DNA of 64,000 bases from Octopus bimaculoides (taxonomy: Eukaryota), in the NCBI RefSeq assembly GCF_001194135.2, contig NC_068991.1, positions 4,515,755-4,579,754 of the forward strand, in the 5' to 3' direction. Positions 51,898 to 64,000 of the stretch are shown here, one piece after another. The notes under the pieces were generated by a model, which saw only the letters and a list, made by a program, of their open reading frames with translations, was not told where the DNA came from and made no database searches. Made by a program: the position numbers and the translations under genes. The stretch's first letter is position 1. Every line of letters begins with the position of its first letter.

Positions 51898-52016
51898 TAT
51901 TAGACATTATTACTCTAATCCAATAACAGTTGGCATTGCGCCAAACTATATCCCACTTCCTCGTTTAAGACATTGAAAAATTCTGTTATTATGAGAATAT
52001 TATCATCATAATCTTC

Positions 52017-52032
52017 ATTATCATCATCATCA

Positions 52033-52103
<71 letters not shown>

Positions 52104-52112
52104 ATTATTATT
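52017..52112. repeat. (ATC)n then (ATT)n microsatellite
   Basis: visible repeat. Confidence 0.95.
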
Positions 52113-52388
52113 AGTTGAAAGTATAAGTACATTGCCTGAGACGTTGAAATATTGAAGAAGAGGAATTTTGATGTGATTAATTCATTTGTTTCTTTTCGCT
52201 CAAACTTTTGTTCACCTCTAGGTTTATCACTTTCGTTTTACTGATAACTTACGCTGAAACATGTAAAATATATTACTCACTAGTTACATACACCTACTAC
52301 ATAAACACACACGTGCGTGCGCGCACACACATGCGCACACACAAACACACGCGCACACATACACGTACATATAGGAGTGTGAATATAC

Positions 52389-52780
52389 TCTTTTACTTGT
52401 TTCAGTCATTTGACTGCGGCCATGTTGGAGCACCGCCTGTAGTCGAGCAAATCGACTCCAGAGCTTATTCTTTGTAACCCAAGTACTTATTCTATCGGTA
52501 TCTTTTGCCGAACCGCTAGGCTACTGGAACGTAAACGCACCAGCATCGTTTGTACAGCGATGTTGGGAGGACAAACACAGACACAAACATATACACAAAA
52601 ATACATATACATATATATAAACGTCGGGCTTCTTCCAGTTTCTGTCTTCCAAATCCACTGACATGGCTCTGGTCGGCGCGAGGCTATAATTGAAGACACT
52701 TGGCCAAGGTTCCACGCAGTGGGACTCAACCCGGGACCATGTGGTTGGTGAGCAAGCTACTTACCACACAATCACTCCTG
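52389..52780 (-). mobile_element. SINE family A, best-preserved full-length copy
   Basis: all modules present: tail (gtttcagtcatttgactgcggccatgttggagcaccgcc), body, internal CA/TA tract, CORE-like acacttggccaagg, head gcaagctacttaccacacaatcactcctg. Confidence 0.9.
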
Positions 52781-52827
<47 letters not shown>

Positions 52828-52851
52828 GCTTGCTGATGCAAAGAATTTTTA

Positions 52852-52968
52852 GACAAATGGACCGATCCTAGTACTCATTTATTTTCAAGCATGCTAGTTA
52901 CTTATGTGGTCCGTTTTGCCAAACCGTTAAGTTACGGGACCATAAATATACCAACCTCGGTATGCATT
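52852..52968 (-). mobile_element. SINE family A body fragment
   Basis: ccgttttgccaaaccgttaagttacgggaccataaatataccaacctcggt resembles the family A body. Confidence 0.55.
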
Positions 52969-53277
52969 TTTCCCTGTGTGCTAACGATCCTGCCAGATTA
53001 ACGATGATGCTAATCGTCGGTGATTTATGCCAATATTTTAAAAGGTGAGGTATAGACGATTAATTCAATGCCAATTCTTGAGTGGTACGTTAATTAGTTG
53101 ATTGGGGAGATGACGAATGCGTGATTTGAAATCAAAATGGAAATAGCGGAAAGGATACATTAACGCAAAATAACAAAGTATAGTAGTTGAAAAGAAGACA
53201 ATAGGTAATAAACAAACATACACACACACACACACACTAATGCTAACACTAACATATACATATACATAATACATACA

Positions 53278-53309
<32 letters not shown>

Positions 53310-53591
53310 NNNNNNNNNNNNNNNNNNNNNNNNNNNNNNNNNNNNNNNNNNNNNNNNNNNNNNNNNNNNNNNNNNNNNNNNNNNNNNNNNNNNNNNNNNN
53401 NNNNNNNNNNNNNNNNNNNNNNNNNNNNNNNNNNNNNNNNNNNNNNNNNNNNNNNNNNNNNNNNNNNNNNNNNNNNNNNNNNNNNNNNNNNNNNNNNNNN
53501 NNNNNNNNNNNNNNNNNNNNNNNNNNNNNNNNNNNNNNNNNNNNNNNNNNNNNNNNNNNNNNNNNNNNNNNNNNNNNNNNNNNNNNNNNNN

Positions 53592-53622
<31 letters not shown>

Positions 53623-53846
53623 TATATATATACATGTATATATATGCATATATATATATATGTGTGTATATATGTATATGTATGTAGTGGGTATGTATAT
53701 GCTGTTGGAAGTAGCTCAGTGTATTTCTCTTCATAGTTGTGTTGTAACACGTGTACTGATATTTATCTGTAAATATGTAGGTGTATTTTCTTGGGGTTAA
53801 CATTGTCTCTTAAAATCATTAGGCTTCTTAATCATTCTGAAATTAC

Positions 53847-54060
53847 CCATGTCTATAAATCTTCGTAAGTGATTCCGGCTCGCAACTTGCTTTAATACGT
53901 CTACCTTTAAGTCAATATCATTCGTGAATTGCCGCGTCTTCCTATCACATTCCGTTATCTTGCAAGCATGTAAAGTAGTGACGGGCCGTCGCTTTATGAC
54001 CCTATCTTTATGCGAAGCACATAATGATTTCACTTTAGCAGGTAGCAAATGCCTCTTTTC
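53847..54060 (-). CDS. Candidate exon (phase 0 to 1): EKRHLLPAKVKSLCASHKDRVIKRRPVTTLHACKITECDRKTRQFTNDIDLKVDVLKQVASRNHLRRFIDM
   Basis: 71 open codons, donor ATGG/gtaatt, acceptor atatcag with a weak pyrimidine tract. Confidence 0.45.
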
Positions 54061-55224
54061 CTGATATTTTGACCACGTATTTAACTGCTTTTAATAAATT
54101 TACCTCATTTACATTTACATATCACGACAAATCTGTGATTTTTATTATCGATGTTATTGTATTCACAACGTTATCATCATCATCGTCATTTTTGTCTTAT
54201 AGTCATCATTATTTCCGGAGACTTTTTGTGTTTGTTGTTTTTTTTTTTATTAGTACGTTTCTTTTCACTTAACTCGATTAGTAAACTTTTTACGTCTTTC
54301 AGTTTCTTGTACCATTATTAGACTTGCTTTGATTTTTCTTCACAACATTTTTAATGGCGTCCAAACCAATTGAAGAAAATAATCGCAGCATATTTAGCAA
54401 TTAACTTCGGATTTGTGATTTTATTTTTATTTTTTCCCCTCCTGTTCCTGGATAACGTTCTGATATATTGTCAATCGAGCATTCTTGAATTTCCGCAAGT
54501 AAACGCTGTTTTGTAAGGTAGAATATTCTTTGATAAAAAATTATTATGTTAATAGAAGCATGCAGTTCTTTTGATATATCTACCAAATATATTCACATCC
54601 ATATTCGATTGTTTACGATCGTGTATAACGGAACAATTTTGAATTTAAACACTTTGATTCGTATTTCATTGAAACGCATTTATTATTAGACGTATCATAA
54701 ACATAAATACACAGACACACACACACACTCATACACACACACATATATACATACATATATNNNNNNNNNNATATATATATATTCATAGAGATAGAGAGTT
54801 CTGGAAAAATAAAATGTTCGTAGCGATACTTGGAACATAGAGGGATATATAATACGTCATCACATTTTCTCCTTTTTCGGTTGCCTTGGTTATAAGAAGC
54901 AAATTTCTCACAAAGGAGATATAATCTTTGAATTCACTACTGTGGAGGGGTTTTCTATTGTCATAGATATTGCGTTCCACATTAATGGTGACTTACTTTT
55001 ATCGTTTTCGAATGATTGTTGAATATGTGAAATATGCGAAAACTTATCCGCCAGTAATCAATATATATTATATATTTCTAGGATCAATGCGAGTTGAATG
55101 CTATTCGTGAGACAAATATATTTTTACCCAAGAACTTCAAATCGAACTCACACGTCCACCAGCAAATACGTAGATACGAAGCTATACGCACACACAATCA
55201 CAATAATGCACGAGGCCAGCATTT

Positions 55225-55380
55225 TCAAGTCGGGTTAAGTCGATTCCCTCGACTCAAGTACTTGATTGGTATTTAACGAGGGGATACAATGCAGAGTCGT
55301 TCTCGGTGGAATTACAATGAGCAACATAAAAATAAACGAAATGCCGCCAACCATTTCCCACGGCGCGGTAACGATCTCGT
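55225..55380 (-). mobile_element. SINE family B, old and decayed
   Basis: aagtcgattccctcgactcaagtacttgattggtatt..gtcgttctcggtggaatt..gaaatgccgccaaccatttcccacggcgcggtaacgatc. Confidence 0.6.
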
Positions 55381-55384
55381 TCAT

Positions 55385-55920
55385 AGGCAACATCCTCGTG
55401 GTTCGAAGGCTTGTACCACCAAACAGCTGGTCGGCTCTAGCTGCTGGAACTGAAACTAACACGACACTGCTGGAAGGCAGGTTTACAGCGGGCGTGGGCT
55501 AAAACTATGCGCCCTTCCCTCCGATGGTCAGTTGAAGCTTAGACAGTGTCACGTGACAGTTAGCTGTGCTAGCTGCTGGAGCCTACCGGCAAGTATTTAA
55601 AGGGGGATCTGTCAGGATGGTCCGTCGCCCGCTGACATTCGTTGACGGTGCATCGAAGAACAAAAGAAAAAAGGAGAAAGAAGAAACACACTCAACACCA
55701 GAGCTGAAGATACCTCAGTAAGTGGAGGACCCACCACGTCGAAAACAGTAGAAACATAGGGGCCAAAACCGGACGTAGTTCCTCGTGATGATGTCTTTAA
55801 CCACTGGCTCCTATAAAGATGTTGTGGTAGCGAACCACGAAACGTGGTTGGAATTTCCCCTGTAATACCAGAGAACTGTCAACGGGGAAGTATAACTGTG
55901 TATAACTATGCGTTCAGACT
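55385..55920. mobile_element. Unidentified GC-elevated interspersed element end (Penelope pseudo-LTR-like or solo-LTR-like)
   Basis: abrupt GC rise relative to flanks, 12-bp palindrome tgtcacgtgaca (55547-55558), gtatttaaag TATA-like motif, CTGAAGA..GAAA motif (55704-55744) and hairpin aaccacg-aaa-cgtggtt (55832-55849). Confidence 0.35.
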
Positions 55921-56914
55921 TTTGTAAATCATTTATTCTCCATAAAAATGCATTAAATTAATATTGTTGTAGCAATTATTTATGAAGTTCTATGGTTTAA
56001 TACGACATGTATTTTGTGAAATGCGTAGGATTATAGCTCCATACACAGGTTAAACTGGTATTCGTAGATACACGGTGCAATAAGATATTTCACAGGAAAA
56101 AAGACCAGACAGGTACCCTAAAGCACTTGTGTATCCAGATAATGTATACGTACTTACGTACACACTCGCACACACACATTCACATACACACACAAGCAGA
56201 CAAGCATACGCATAGAGCACAAATACACACACACATATATATATATACATATGCCTTATGCGTTTTTACATGTGCGCTAATAGGTATACACAGACAGAGA
56301 GACACACGTATATATATATATATNNNNNNNNNNNNGCAGACAAGCATACGCATAGAGCACAAATACACACACACATATATATATATACATACATAGACGT
56401 AAACACATACACAGACTCACTTCTCTATCTGTTGACGTACGTGCGCCAGTCGATGCCCGCACGCGAGTATATACAACTCTTTACATAAACATTATTATTA
56501 TGCAATCAATAATTCAGTGAAAGTCATGCTCTTGATCACGTGGTTTCATTTTTATATACAGACTATAGCGGACATGTTTTATTTAGAAAAGTTCGACTGT
56601 CACGTAAGAGCATATCTTCCAGATATCTTGGCTGTTCTACCTTTCTATAGTCGAAAGATGGGGGTAGAAGAATTTTCTCTGTCTTTGCTTTATATCTATT
56701 TATTATTATATTTAGTTTCTGCTTTGACTTTTCGTTTCTGCAAAAGCCTGTTGCTTTGAAAGAAACCCACTATTTGTTCTGTTCTGTGATGTTTCCAAAC
56801 AGCTTTCATGGGTGCCATGTTATTTTGTGAAATGAACGACTATTAAGATCAGTTTCATGGCTAAGAGCAATTTAAGCATGGCGCTGTTGCTGTTTTGTTT
56901 TTATGGTTGTTGAT

Positions 56915-57214
56915 GTTGTTGTTGTTGTTGTTGTTATCATCGTCCTTCTTACTTTGTTGTTTTCATGATGGTAATGACGACGACGACGACGATTGTCACC
57001 GATCACGGCGGCAGTTATGATGATGATGTGGATTACGATGATAATGTGGATTACGATGATGATGTGGATTAGGATGATGATGTGGATAATGGTGAAGAAG
57101 ACGATGATAATGGTGAAAGAGTTGGAAGAGGAAGATGATGAGGACGAAAACAGTAGTAGTTGTACTAGTAGTAGCATCAGTAGTAGTGACAGCAGCAGCA
57201 GCAGCAGCAGTAGC

Positions 57215-57266
<52 letters not shown>
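56915..57266. repeat. Compound trinucleotide tract (GTT)n-(GAC)n-(GAT)n with an 18-bp atgatgtggattacgatg-like higher-order unit, then (AGC)n-(AGT)n
   Basis: visible repeats; abuts SINE B at 57266. Confidence 0.9.
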
Positions 57267-57267
<1 letters not shown>

Positions 57268-57435
57268 CGGTATTTCAACTGCCTTTACTTTCTGAGTTTA
57301 AATTCCGCCGAAGTCGACTTTGCTTTTCATCCTTTCCGGGTCGGCAAATTGCTGACCAGTTGCGTACTGGGGTTGATCTAATCGACTGCCCCTCTCCCCA
57401 GAAATTTCGGGCCTTCTGCCTAGAGTAGAAAAGAA
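57266..57435 (+). mobile_element. SINE family B (tail variant 1), 5' end lost into an (AGT)n tract
   Basis: agcggtatttc..tctgagtttaaattccgccgaagtcgactttgcttttcatcctttccgggtcg..ggggttgatctaatcgactgcccctctccccagaaatttcgggccttctgcctagagtagaaaag. Confidence 0.9.
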
Positions 57436-58396
57436 AAAAAATATAACATTTCATAAGATTATAAGGTTCTATTTGAAATAAAGGATTAGCCCAAAAAGAA
57501 AAGAGAAGAAAATCCACATGTTATTCTATTATTGCTTCTTTTTATGCTTATTTATTACGAGGTTTTTGTAGTATCTAGTCATTGGCAATCATATCTATCA
57601 GTATTCCAGGCTAGTTGCGCGAGAAATAAGACTGAATGCAGGTGCTTCAGGGAGCGTTATGAAATCCGAAGGACATGCACTTGGTGTATTACAATTGCAT
57701 AGAGAATAAGTGCTTCACACATTTATATAGTAATGTATTCTATAGGTTCCCTTGAGGGCAATAGAGGCGGTGAAGGCTATGTTAGAACTGAAATTTTCTG
57801 AATAAGCAATTATGATGCCGATCGTAGAAGAGAAATGGTTATCAGGTTTATTGAAATTTTGGCAACATTCAAACGAATGATAAATTATAGATTTACCTGA
57901 TACGTTCCTTTGTTTCAAGATTTTCTCATGCGTGATTGTTTGCGATTCTCTGCGTGTATGTGAGTGTGTATTCAACTGTTATTCTATGGTGACACTCGAA
58001 TTTACGACTGTTCCATAAATCCTACAGTGATGCACTTCTAAAACTATATATAACTCCAAGACAAGGAATAAATATGGTACTCGAATCTATGATAAAACAA
58101 ATGAGCAGCGAGCTAAATTCTAGGTTAATAACCTACAAGATTTAATGTGAATTACTTTCTCAAATGAAGAACTGTTTCAATTTCACAAAAGTAATTCCTA
58201 CAATGCTGTGCTTTTCAAGATATTTTCCAGTTGCAAAATACGGTTGCTGTATATAAGATTCAGGTGATGTATCATGTAATATAAAACTATGTTGGACCAG
58301 AGCCATCATGCTCTCAAATGCATTTGTACTACATAAGATAAGTGGTCATTTGATTGACCAAATAGTGATGAAAGAATTGTGTAGCGTGATAGATGT

Positions 58397-58413
58397 TTGG
58401 CAGTTATATTTAA

Positions 58414-58495
<82 letters not shown>

Positions 58496-58553
58496 GTATG
58501 TATATACATACATGCATGCATATACACACTCACACACACGTACACACACACAA

Positions 58554-58597
<44 letters not shown>

Positions 58598-58606
58598 TTA
58601 TATATA

Positions 58607-58643
<37 letters not shown>

Positions 58644-58940
58644 TGTTGTGTGATAAATATTATTTATTTGAAGTACACACTACTTGTCTTAAGAACCACT
58701 AATAATTTCATATACTGAGAAATATCTCAAAAATATACGTCAGGCACAAATCAATTATGATAACGTACATAAAAGCATGCACCAATGTGTACGTAAAAGC
58801 ATATGTACATACAGACGTACATACATACATACATACATACATACATACATACATACACACATACATACATACAAACTTACATACATACATTAATAATAAT
58901 ACATACATACATACATACATACATAAATACATACATACAT
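58397..58940. repeat. Compound (TA)n, (TATG)n, (CA)n, (CT)n, (TACA)n microsatellite cluster
   Basis: visible repeats; similar clusters at 3170-3485, 4425-4595, 5114-5222, 20980-21135, 44908-45067, 45197-45330, 48500-48830, 59679-59740, 59891-59950, 61577-61665 and 63108-63195. Confidence 0.95.
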
Positions 58941-59458
58941 AATAATTCATACATATATGCATATGCATTGAAGTATATCCTGAGGTTCAAAGTTTTGACT
59001 GATTAATTTTCAAATGTAGAGTAAAAGTTTTCCATGTTTGTCCACCGACATTTTTCTCTTTATTTTCCCAAATCTAGCTCTCTTTCTCTCATTCTCTCTC
59101 TCTCTCATTCTCTCAATCTCTCTGTTTGTGTGTGTGTATATATGTGTGCGCGTATGTGCGTGTACGTTTGTGTGTTATTGGCCTTATTTTAAATAATTTC
59201 CTTTCACTGACCATATAAGTGTTAGGAGAGAAGTTCGCACAGTATTCTCTCCTTCGATCAACTAATTACTTTACATTACTCGTATAGTGTTGTTTACTTT
59301 CCAGATGCTTCACAAGAATTAATGTAGATCAATCAGGTAAGTGGATTTAATCAATTTGGTGGCATGGCCTTTGTTACAGTAACGCACCATTTACAGGTAT
59401 GCAAACTTAAGCAAATGATTTCGTTCACAAAGGATTATATAACGAAATCGTTACTTAC

Positions 59459-59659
59459 CTGTAGCAATTCATTTTTGACAGTAATATTCTTTCCCGGTCC
59501 TATTTCATGCCAACACTTCGCATAGACTAGATATATTCTATCATAATTTTGTCGCTTGTGGTTCACGAATTTATTATTCACTTTGCACTTAATAACAATG
59601 CGTAGCTGTCCATTATTTTCCCAAGTTCCTCCATATAATTTTGCAGAGAAGTAAAATAT
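59459..59659 (-). CDS. Candidate exon ending in a perfect donor: ..[61 protein letters not shown] (acceptor unresolved)
   Basis: 67 stop-free codons in AT-rich DNA ending CAG/gtaagt; in phase with 54060. Confidence 0.45.
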
Positions 59660-59674
59660 TCACTGCGATATATA

Positions 59675-59743
<69 letters not shown>

Positions 59744-60463
59744 GTTTTTCTTCTAGATTTATTTAAGGTTTACTTTGGAGATTTCAAGGCGATCGTTAAT
59801 AAAGTGACAAAACGTTTTGAGTAAAGATTCTGTTGTTTGTAAATATGTGGTTGAATTGGTGTGCTTGCTGAACTGATGATGCGCACAGCATGTATGTATG
59901 TATGTATGTATGTATGTATGTATGTATGTATGTATGTATGTATGTATGTATTCAGAGATAACGAATCATAGATAACGACTGCTATATTATGTACACGTTG
60001 GTTTTATGTATTCTCATTAAATGGGGGGAAAAAATCTCAGAAGGAAGTAATTGATAATTATTTTATTTTACATACTAAACAATGATTACAAAAGATTACA
60101 GAAATATTACGAAAATTACAGCATAACAATTTATAGAGATACCTAGAAAGACATGTAGAGTAATATTGTTGTTAAGCCGAACATTTACAAAGAGAAAAAA
60201 AGTACATTCTGAAATGTTGATATGAATAATCTATGGCGAATTCTTTTAAAGAAATTAAATTGAATTTATTGTTTAGGAGATATGTGGTAACTAATCTCAC
60301 ATAAATAGAGAACTGTTTAAAGAGAGTATTAAACACTATTTTCGATTGTAGTTTTAAATAAATGCTGTCAGATTAGACGAAAGTCTGGTCGCCTCTACCT
60401 GATGACAAATACGGACAAACATTTATACATACATATATACTGGAGGTAGAGGTATGTATGTGA

Positions 60464-60520
<57 letters not shown>

Positions 60521-60530
60521 GATGGATGGA

Positions 60531-60665
60531 CGTTCCGAATTCAAATTCGACTTTGATTTCATCCTTTCGGGGGTCGATAAATCAAGTACCAATTGCGTAT
60601 TGGAGGTTGATCTAATTCATTGGCCCCTTTCCAAAGATTTCGGGCCTTGTGCCTAGAAATAGAAT
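60531..60665 (+). mobile_element. SINE family B 3' part
   Basis: gactttgatttcatcctttcgggggtcgataaatcaagtacc..gttgatctaattcattggcccctttccaaagatttcgggccttgtgcctaga. Confidence 0.85.
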
Positions 60666-60802
60666 ATAATATTTTCTAGTAGTGCACAATATTTGTTCCG
60701 CGAGAGTTCTTCCTCTGAATATTTCTCCTACTCTCCGCTTGTTTTGTAGAAAGATTCTGTTCTCATTCTCATACTATATTGTTAAACATTTTATTATTGT
60801 TA

Positions 60803-61017
60803 TTTTTCGTGTTTCAGTCATTAGACTGTGGCCATGCTGGGGCACTGGCTTCAATTTTTAGCTGAATGAATTGACCCAGCGTTTATGTTTTTAAAACTGT
60901 TACTTATTCTATTGGTCTCTTTTGCCAGATTAAATTACGGGGGCGCAAACACACCAACACCGGTTGTGAAGCAGTGATGGTAAGCGGGGAGACAAACACA
61001 GACACACGCACATATAC

Positions 61018-61048
<31 letters not shown>

Positions 61049-61238
61049 ATGTGCTTCCCTTAGTTTCCGTCAGCCAAATACACTCGCAAGGCTTTGGTAG
61101 GCCTGAAGCCAGAGTAGAAAAAACCTGTCCAACGTGCTTCGCAGTGGGACTGAACTAAAGCCATGTGGTTGTAAATCGAAACTGCAATCCTACGACCGCG
61201 AGTCCACTGCACTAACCATTGGGCCATTGCGCCTCCAC
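60803..61238 (-). mobile_element. SINE family A body whose 5' end is replaced by or fused to a different tRNA-like head (61175-61238)
   Basis: family A tail and body 60803-61170; the reverse complement of 61175-61238 is gtggaggcgcaatggcccaatggttagtgcagtggactcgcggtcgtaggattgcagtttcgat, with A-box TGGCCCAATGG. Confidence 0.75.
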
Positions 61239-61573
61239 ATATATAAAAATTTAGAAAGTCCTACAATTGGTAATAATTTGTTACGATATCCAAAATCATA
61301 AATTTATGAATAGTTTGAAACAATAATTCTAATACAATGCACACATGGATAATAGTTTAAATCTATAAATAAAAGATTCAATATTTAAAAGAAATATATT
61401 GATATAAATAAACGGCAAGGTAATTATGAGAAGTGTGTTAGTGAATACTTGAAATATGATAAAAATAAGATTGATTTATATGTAAACAATCAATATATGA
61501 AATTCATAAAGAAATAAAGAATTATATCTTTTATTACCCCAAAAAAAAGTTTAAATCGTTTATTAAGACAATA

Positions 61574-61666
<93 letters not shown>

Positions 61667-62032
61667 GTATATAAAAAGCATACAAAAATTAAATAAGTGT
61701 TATTCAAAAAAAATTTATAAATTTGAATACAACATTGAGAGCAAAGCAAAAATGTATTGATGTATAAATAAAATACGTATACATATATATAAATATATAT
61801 GTATGTGTGTATGTATGTACGTATGCATGTAGGTATGTAAGTATAAAGAATTATTACGAAGATTATAATAAATTCTGGTAAATTCTTATACGTTTATGAA
61901 TACGCGAACTGATACAATTAAACGAAACGGGTCATCATCTAACTTCCTTTTATCGAAGTCTCGTGCACACCGATTGCTTTTAGAATAATTTGTGAGTCAC
62001 TAACTGTATAGTATGTCTACACACACACACGT

Positions 62033-62115
<83 letters not shown>

Positions 62116-62539
62116 CATGTATGAACACCTATGTGTAAGCATATGATATGTACAAGTGTGTGTGGATATGTGTGTATGTACGAGGACGTACATATATATA
62201 CATATATGCTTGCGTGTGTGTGTCCATGTGCGTATGTGCATATGCATGTCTTTGTGAGTGTATACGTAGGTAGACGTTGTAAACGCAGAAGAATTTATGT
62301 CTATGTATTGTGAGAATATAGTTGCGCGTGTTTTTCATGTATTTCTCCACCTGTTAGAGTTACTTCCCTTTTATTCAACAGTTTTTCCATAGCGCTTGTA
62401 GTCATTAATAGCAGCCGAGAACGTATCGTAGCTCTTCGCTGCGACATTTGAAACTCCGAGTAGTATAATGACAACATTTTTACTGTTTTTTCTAAATTAT
62501 AACACACACACACACACACACATACACACACACACACAC

Positions 62540-62581
<42 letters not shown>

Positions 62582-62644
62582 TCATCCAAATATGAAAAAT
62601 ACATATTCAAAAAAATGAAATTAAATGAAAAGTTCATAATTGTT

Positions 62645-62697
62645 CCTTACTGGTGTCAATCGATTGCTCCCCCACAAAAAAATTCCGAGCCTTGTAA
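62645..62697 (+). mobile_element. SINE family B tail remnant
   Basis: actggtgtcaatcgattgctcccccacaaaaaaattccgagccttgt. Confidence 0.5.
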
Positions 62698-63107
62698 AAA
62701 TGAATGCTTCAGTAATTATTCCAAATTTATTTAAAAACTGGATTCAGTAAAGGGCTCAGATCTGGAAATGATCGACATTCTGAAGAAGCCTGCAGGTATA
62801 CTATGCCTTAGACATCGTAATTATGGAATCTAAGCTGATGACAACTGTGCAGAGAAATAATAACGAATTCTTCATCAGAGGCATTCCAATATGTGTGTGT
62901 GTGTGCGCGCCGCGTATATGTAGACACAAAAATGATAAATCGATGGAAAACACTGAGGTACATGGCCGAAAATGCTGGAAAATAAGGCAGGGATGAAATT
63001 ATAAACAAAGCACACCCACTCATACCTATCTATATATGTGTTTGTGTGAGTGTGTGCGTGTGTGTGAGTGTGTGCGTGCATGAGTGCGGGAGCATGTAAG
63101 TCTTAAA

Positions 63108-63140
<33 letters not shown>

Positions 63141-63147
63141 CCTGTGC

Positions 63148-63197
<50 letters not shown>

Positions 63198-63573
63198 AGA
63201 GAGAGGGGGAGAGAGAGAAAGAAACGGAGATAGATTTCCCTAACTTCAAGCCTGATTCTGCATCTTTCCTTGCTTGTCTATAAATTTAATCTTATGTTCT
63301 GTCTTTATGCATATTATATGCATACTTCTCTCAGTTCCTTTATTGCTATTTCTAACAATACGTATATGAATATACGAAATAGAGAAAACTGTCAGGAGCC
63401 AACCGAGTTAAATGGATAAATAAAAGCAAGAGTAATAGTCCGAATACAAACAGAAAAACTACGATCAATAACTGTATAATCCTTGAGAGGAATATGAATA
63501 ATTGAAAAGATTATTCTTCCAGGCATACAAATTCGTTTTTTTTTCTTTCTCTTTTCCTCATTTTATTATACAT

Positions 63574-63734
63574 TTAACTTTCACATAATTCTATTCTGCA
63601 CTGAAAACAGTTTCCTGTCGAAATATTTCGACATTTCATACAGGACACCTTTATACTGCTGTTGTCTAACTGTAGACAGTTCAATAGAGAATCTATGACG
63701 GTATCCCTGGGGGTTAATTCTTTCAAACTGAGCT
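63574..63734 (-). CDS. Candidate exon with a B-box-type Cys motif: ELSLKELTPRDTVIDSLLNCLQLDNSSIKVSCMKCRNISTGNCFQCRIELCES
   Basis: acceptor gtatgtgcag; C-x2-C-x7-C-x2-C-x4-C spacing as in B-box1, preceded by an ..IDSLL.. linker like post-RING TRIM linkers; stop or weak donor (A/gttaaa at 63579) follows. Confidence 0.35.
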
Positions 63735-63963
63735 CTGCACATACATTAGAGAAGATATACTTCAGTGTCATGAGTAAATACGATATGATATATGTATTTT
63801 CAAATAATATATAAACACATCTATTATTACTAATCAATTTGATAAACCTTTATTGAGATAACAGTGACACTATAACATTGCATCATTTAATATCATTAGG
63901 CAAATCACAATGTCGTAGAGAACCCCAAGAATTATATTACAGTTAGGTTCATCTATCCATATT

Positions 63964-64000
<37 letters not shown>

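Noticed and set aside
56196-56395. About 55-bp direct repeat (gcagacaagcatacgcatagagcacaaatacac..) on both sides of a 12-N gap
   Set aside because: Typical of contig-end overlap or haplotype duplication at a scaffold join
56872-57428. ORFs with poly-S, poly-V, poly-M and poly-H
   Set aside because: Compound trinucleotide repeat running into a SINE; no start or splice context

Overview
AT-rich, repeat-dense eukaryotic genomic DNA. The two dominant tRNA-headed SINE families and the extreme (TA)n/(CA)n/(GATA)n load look like Octopus (coleoid cephalopod) sequence. This assignment is from recall, not from a database search. About 5 kb is N in 20 gaps, almost all next to microsatellites. Nearly all long ORFs in the supplied track are microsatellite or gap artefacts (poly-IY, poly-CV, poly-HT, poly-D). 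What the sequence supports: (1) about 17 copies or fragments of SINE family A (tRNA head, CORE-like segment, internal microsatellite, GGTGCTCCAGCATGGCCGCAGTC..TGACTGAAAC tail); (2) about 15 copies of SINE family B (tRNA head, GCCTTTCATCCTTTCGGGGTCGAT core, two alternative 3' tails); (3) one Helentron/DINE-1-like non-autonomous element; (4) decayed mariner transposase and LINE RT fragments; (5) a scattered set of minus-strand exon candidates, three of which (12070-11917, 4059-3904, 3805-3756) splice in phase into an unidentified protein C-terminus, plus a B-box-like Cys motif near 63.6 kb. There is no CRISPR array, rRNA, intact tRNA or complete recognisable gene. I do not see a clearly novel system. 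The best leads are the unidentified minus-strand gene (including a well-flanked exon with one in-frame TGA), modular or chimeric SINE structures, inverted SINE pairs that could form dsRNA, and two decayed hammerhead/Penelope-like motifs.
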